NCBI GenBank assembly: GCA_047495785.1
Contig: JBLDXI010000030.1
Coordinates: 1,178,001 to 1,242,000, forward strand
Reading direction: 5' to 3'
DNA from: Lepidodermella squamata
Lineage: Eukaryota; Animalia; Gastrotricha
DNA: 64,000 nt
Made by a program: the position numbers and the translations under genes. This document shows, one piece after another, positions 58,939 to 64,000 of this stretch (within the stretch, counting starts at the first letter, position 1; each line of letters starts with the position of its first letter). The notes beneath the pieces were generated by a model. The model was not told the DNA's origin. It saw nothing but the letters and a program-made list of their open reading frames with translations, and did not search any database.

Positions 58939-61188
58939 ATGCCGCAAATGCAAGTTTTCATAATTTTTCTTATTGTTACATCGATAGCAGCTCATCGGAA
59001 CAAAACAAAGCTGTTATTGTTGAATTTTCAGCCTTTTATCGGAATGGACCCCAGCATCGCCGCATCCCTGGCTCTCGTCAGTCAGTTGATTGTCGACATT
59101 GCAAACAACCGCAGCGATGTATTGCCTGACTACGACGTCGAACTCGTTTCTTACGACGAAATGCGAGGAACTATCACTGCGTCGCAGGTTATCGATTTCT
59201 TGCGCTATGAAGCTAAACCAAACGAGGCGAAGGCGCCTATCATGGTTGGACCTGCGTTTTCAACTGGTTGCAAGGCCGTCTCGCCGTTTCTTCGGCAAAT
59301 CAACATGGTGGCCTGGAGCAATTTATGCGCAGCGATTTCTTTCGATGATCGGAAAGCGAACCCATTGCTGCATCTGACTGTTACTACGTCGAGAATGCTA
59401 CTACTCTCCGTTGCGGTTTTCATCAAAAAAGTTGGGAATTGGCGGGATTATGGAATCCTTACCAACTCAGCGAATGTTAATGATTACGCCTTTGCTTTCT
59501 TGCTCTACGAAAAATCTGTCCAACTCGGTCTTACAATTCCATATTTCAACATTTTGAATAACGAAGTCACGTCAGAAGACATTCAAACGCTGAAGAATAG
59601 CGGGCTACGCGTCTTAGTGATATCGATAACAGTTACGTCACTGGTAAATCAATTCATATGCGAGGCCCATAAAGCTGGTCTAACTGGCCCTCGGTATGTC
59701 TTCATCATTCAGATGGGTGGTTTCGCACCAGAATTGCCTAGTTCGTGTTCGCAGCAAGTTATTCTAGAACAAATGAGCCATTCGTTTGTTTTTGGCTCGG
59801 TGGAACTCAGTGAAAACCCAAGACCTAGTGATCTAGGAATCGACTATCAATTTCTCCACAATCTGATTAAACGTAATTTGGGGGTGCTACCTTAAAATAT
59901 GCTATTTCCCCATGTTGAACATGATGCTATAACCGGTGTTATTCTAGCTCTCAATCGAACTGAAGATAGGCTGAGACGTAATTTTGGCATTGGTTTAATC
60001 GATTACGAAAAATTCCCGGAATTGGTTGCTAGCCAAGCCCATCTAGCTTTATTAGAGTCGGATTATTACGGACTTACAGGTCGAAAAACGTTCAGCCCTG
60101 AAGGTCATTTTCAGAGTGACCCAAGGGGGTTGAATGCCTTCAACTTGAAACTCGGAATCTATCCTGTATACCGTGGCGTTCAACTCAAACCAGGCAGCTT
60201 TGAAGTCAACGAATTTGACGTCGAGCCATTACGAGCAATTGATTGGCCGCTTGGCTCGCCGCCAAAAGATAGGGCCACCCTTCGCGTAATCATCGAGAGA
60301 ACTTCCTTGGCTACTCAAATCACAATATACCTGTTGGCTGCTGCGCTTTCGATCGCCGAAATCATGGTTGTGATCCTTGTCAAAGGCCGATTTCGGATTT
60401 CGAACATTGTCGGAACTTGCGGCTGCGTTATCATGAACGTCTCGGCGTGTTTAGGCGTAAGCGAGAATGTTCCATTCATTTATCCAATATTTCTCGCTAT
60501 AATTGGTGGATCGTTGACTTTCGCGACTACAACTTCTCGGCTTCACCTCATCCAGCGTCACATTCGAGGTAAAATCAACGCATATTACGCTGAGCTGTTT
60601 AAACAAATGGCACTGAATGTAAGCGGCCCATCTTCAGCTAACAATTTAACTCGTGCTTCGATCGGGGTTTCATCAAGCTCTTGGAAACGCCTTGATCGTA
60701 CAACAGCTCTCTCCACGGGGTTTTGCTTTTTTGTGATAAATTTCCTATCTATCAAATGGATTTGGACACAGAGCTTCGTCTGCGCTCTCGAACAAAACGG
60801 TGATCCATTTTACGATGAAATCAAAGGTGAAGTTGTGGAAACCAAATCAATCTACTGCCACGAAACAGACCAGGCATCTTGGGGCTTGCTAGGAATCATC
60901 GGAGCAGCAATTTTCTTGATGCTATTCAGCTCTTTGCTGCCAACATATCAACTGAGCCACGTGAAAGGGCTGGAAGACCTGAAGCCGTTGTATATCGGGG
61001 CTTGTGCCTCAATGACGCTGTATCCGGCTCTGATTTTGATTGCTGTCATAACAATGGGACGACCAGTGACAGAGAGAACTGCGGTTTCTTTTGGCTTGCT
61101 AATCATTTCTGGCGTTAGTGCTGTCGCTTGGCACTGGCGATGGAAAGCAAAGTTTAGACAGCGTCGATCAACGGTAATGTCGACGTAG
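58939..61188 (+). pseudogene. Intronless class C GPCR with a single in-frame TAA
   Basis: ORFs 58939-59895 and 59899-61188 are in the same frame; ..GVLP*NMLFPHVEHDA aligns continuously with the HDA region of the paralogues. Confidence 0.82.
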
Positions 61189-62097
61189 GTGCTCGAAGCT
61201 TGAGTGTTAGTGTAAATTGCTGATATGAGCTTGAATGAATATTGTCTCCCCTGGGATCCATTTACACAATTTTATGGATGTTAACAAAGGAAAAGTGTAT
61301 CGCGCATTGGTAGAAAATAGCATCAATACATGAATGCAAGTGCTGTCGAAGCTTCTATTCAAGCTTTAAGCTTTTCGCTTTGTTCGATCGAGTCAAAGTG
61401 GAGCTGCTACCAGTGGACGTATGTCTGCAGCTTTTAACCTTAGCTGCGCCTGGAATAGCCCAGAAAATTGTTGGGTCATGCAGTGTGCGAAGTAGGATCC
61501 GCCGGAACTGAGGTGTTTTCTCGATTTCTTCGGCACCCAGCCGAAGAAACCAAAGGGTCCCGCTGTGGTTTTTTCAGCCTTCTTCTGGCTGGAGTCCCGG
61601 AGCTGGAAAAAAATGCTGAGAAATTTTTCTGAAAATTCATTCACTTTAATAAGTAGTTTCCGATCAAAATTGATTATAGATTATATATTGTTGATTATTT
61701 TAGACAACATTCAATTTCTTCACAAAGACTACATTTTATAGAAATTCCGATTTCCAGATAGCATTCAATTCCACAACATCGAAAGCTATGATAGGGTAAT
61801 ACAACACAGAGAAAAAGGCAGGCAAAGGTGAAATGTGGGACAAGAAGTAAAAAAATCGAAGGATTGTGATCCAATACGAACAAAAAACTTAGGGAGTGAT
61901 ACTCGCTTTTAGGTAGTATCTGCCTCAAGTGGCTTGTTTTTTTCAGATAGCCCTTCCCACGTCTCAAATGCTGATATTGTTAGCTTACTGGTAATTTGTT
62001 TGCAGTGGTGAATATGATGATCCGATTTCACAACATTAAATAATAGAATTAGAATCCATGGTTTGCGCGATTTCAAGTTGATGAATTATTTCGCTAA

Positions 62098-63986
62098 TTA
62101 CAAGTTGGCAGCCGACACAAGGTAGAGATTGATGCCGAGAAGTACGAACACCGCTACCATGAAAGCCATCACGTCGTATACGCGAGCGAGAGACAGTTTT
62201 GGCAGACCCTTCAGCGGAACAATCTGCTCGTATTTGCCAGTTTTGTCCCGCGAAGCCACCGCCGATAACACGATTTCGTAGATGAAAATAGCCGCAGCAA
62301 GGCCAGCTAGGCACAGCATGTAGTTGGCGAATAGAATTTCATGGCTGGTTTGCGGAACGCTGGCCAGGACGTTGGCTTGAGCTACTGTAAGTGATAACAA
62401 CAGAGTGCAGCAGACATTGTGTTTCAAGTAGTAAGTAGCACTTTGACCGGCGCGCTGATTGGTCAATTTATTGTTGCTATGACTCCGGGATGAAACAATT
62501 TAGTCGTGCAATCCACTAATAAATTGTTTCTTATTTATGCAAAAAATGACCTTGCCACACCCTCTGCACGGTTTCCATTGACCACGAGCGTAAACCCCAT
62601 AATAATCGTAGCAATTTACTGCGGCAAAAAACACTTGTTGCAAAAAATTTAATGGATCGCACAACCAACATGTTTCATCCGGGAGTCATAGCAACGATCG
62701 ATTGACCAATCAGCGCGCGCCCAGAAATTCTACTATTTAGCTCAAGCACAATGAGATTGCTGGACGGTCGCTTGTCGCCGGGTCCATGAGGAAGGTTGCG
62801 AAGGCCAACACAACCAGAATGTAGCAAGGGATGATCAGGTTCAACATGTAGTAGGCAGGATCTCGTCTGTAGTACAGGGTGACCTATGAGGCAAAAGGGA
62901 AATTTACTTAAAGTATTTCTCTGGAACCCTCAATGGAACCCCTCGATTCGTTTGGCTGCGCCAAACTCACTCGGGTTCCAGGTCGGGGGGAAATTATATT
63001 TCTCCATGGCGTACTTCATAGGTTAATTCACTCTCACGTACCTTAGCAAAAGAGAGCTTCATATTTCGCCTCGTTCGCCACGTCAAAGTTCCAAGCGTCA
63101 TGTTTTGCGACTTGAGGTTCCAGACGCCAGCGGATAAACTTGTCGACGTTTCTACAACCATGCCGCCAAAGGCTACGAAACTCACTGGCTCGTCGAGTTG
63201 AAACGTAAAATCACACATTTGCTCATCGAATGGGAAGAGTGTCAGATCGAGCTTACATCCAGCGCGGAACACGCCAACTCGGTTCTAGTGGAAAATCAAC
63301 GTTCGATTCGGCTCGGTTGGATAGTAGACAATCTCCAACTTATCACCATACACAGGGTTGGTCAGGTAGAAATCAGTTGTTGAATTGGCGAATATGACAG
63401 AAGGCCGCCATATATCGGTTCGCTTTGTCTGAACAAGCCTCTCTTTATCATCGCTATTAGGAGCTGTATACGTGCTGTCGCAGGATGTAACAATCCATTG
63501 CAGCATCAAAGCTCCCCACAGGGCCATGCTTTGATCAGCCTGATCTATGGCAACTAGTCGATCGATGAAAAACGTAGCCCAGATTTTGGTACCAACCTCA
63601 GGCACTCTTTGCTGGCTCGATATGTATGGGCACGGCAGGATTTCTTCGATTTGAACTTTGGGCGGCACATTGCCTTCAATAACTGGCGGGATCGGGAACC
63701 CAGTCTCAGGGTCGACATCGGGCGTCGCGCCAGATGGTTTGGTACTTGTTTGCAGTTTCGAGGTGGAAATTGCTGGATTTGACGTAGGAGCAGTCTGAAT
63801 TCCGGTTGTAGTAGGTGGAGGGGTCGTAGTCACCACTTTTGACGTCGATGGGGCTTTCGTAGTTGAGGTACTGGTACTTGTGCTCGTCGAAGCTGTGGTT
63901 GTAGAGGTCGTGCTTGTTGTAGTTGTGGTCGTTGACGGTCTAGGCATTGTTGTATTTGTTCCATTAGAGAGATACCATACATTTCT
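62098..63986 (-). pseudogene. Intron-containing Cys-loop subunit with Thr-rich N-terminal stalk; disrupted; 5' end outside the window
   Basis: AIDQADQSM, IWRP, CKLDLTLFPFDEQMC, YRRDPAYY, VPQTS; in-frame TAG at 63285-63287; intron 63041-62884; transposon inside M2. Confidence 0.82.
62415..62753. mobile_element. MITE with ~100-bp imperfect TIRs and 3-bp TSD, inserted in the M2 helix
   Basis: aga|cattgtg..gcgcgctgattggtcaat..gttgctatgactcc / ggagtcatagcaac..attgaccaatcagcgcgc..cacaatg|aga. Confidence 0.85.
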
Positions 63987-64000
63987 GAAAATCAAAACTT

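Noticed and set aside
61545-61605. Short match to ~30970-31020, with a TPARRRL frame recalling a ubiquitin-conjugating enzyme N-terminus
   Set aside because: Similarity does not extend; more likely a dispersed repeat fragment

Overview
Eukaryotic, most likely invertebrate animal, genomic DNA: AT-rich, with many short (~50-60 nt) spliceosomal introns and many non-autonomous transposons. The window looks like a receptor birth-and-death cluster. It holds ten divergent Cys-loop (nAChR-like) channel subunit loci, all on the minus strand. Eight are intronless copies of two subtypes with an atypical C-x14-C loop (six intact, one hAT-split, one decayed); two are intron-containing (one intact, one disrupted). 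These are interleaved with GABA-B-like class C GPCR loci (three intact, two disrupted, two duplicated fragments), an NNMT/PNMT/INMT-family methyltransferase and a divergent nuclear receptor. The most unusual item is a 9-exon gene at 10522-15426 that I could splice in frame from a signal peptide through a complete GH65 (PGGHG/ATHL1-like) glycosidase fold with degenerate catalytic motifs, a transmembrane helix and a MET-like tyrosine kinase. A CR1-type LINE fragment has cut the kinase off. All other lesions lie in the kinase, while the 853-aa ectodomain+TM frame is still intact. All family assignments come from motif recognition by eye; no database search was run.
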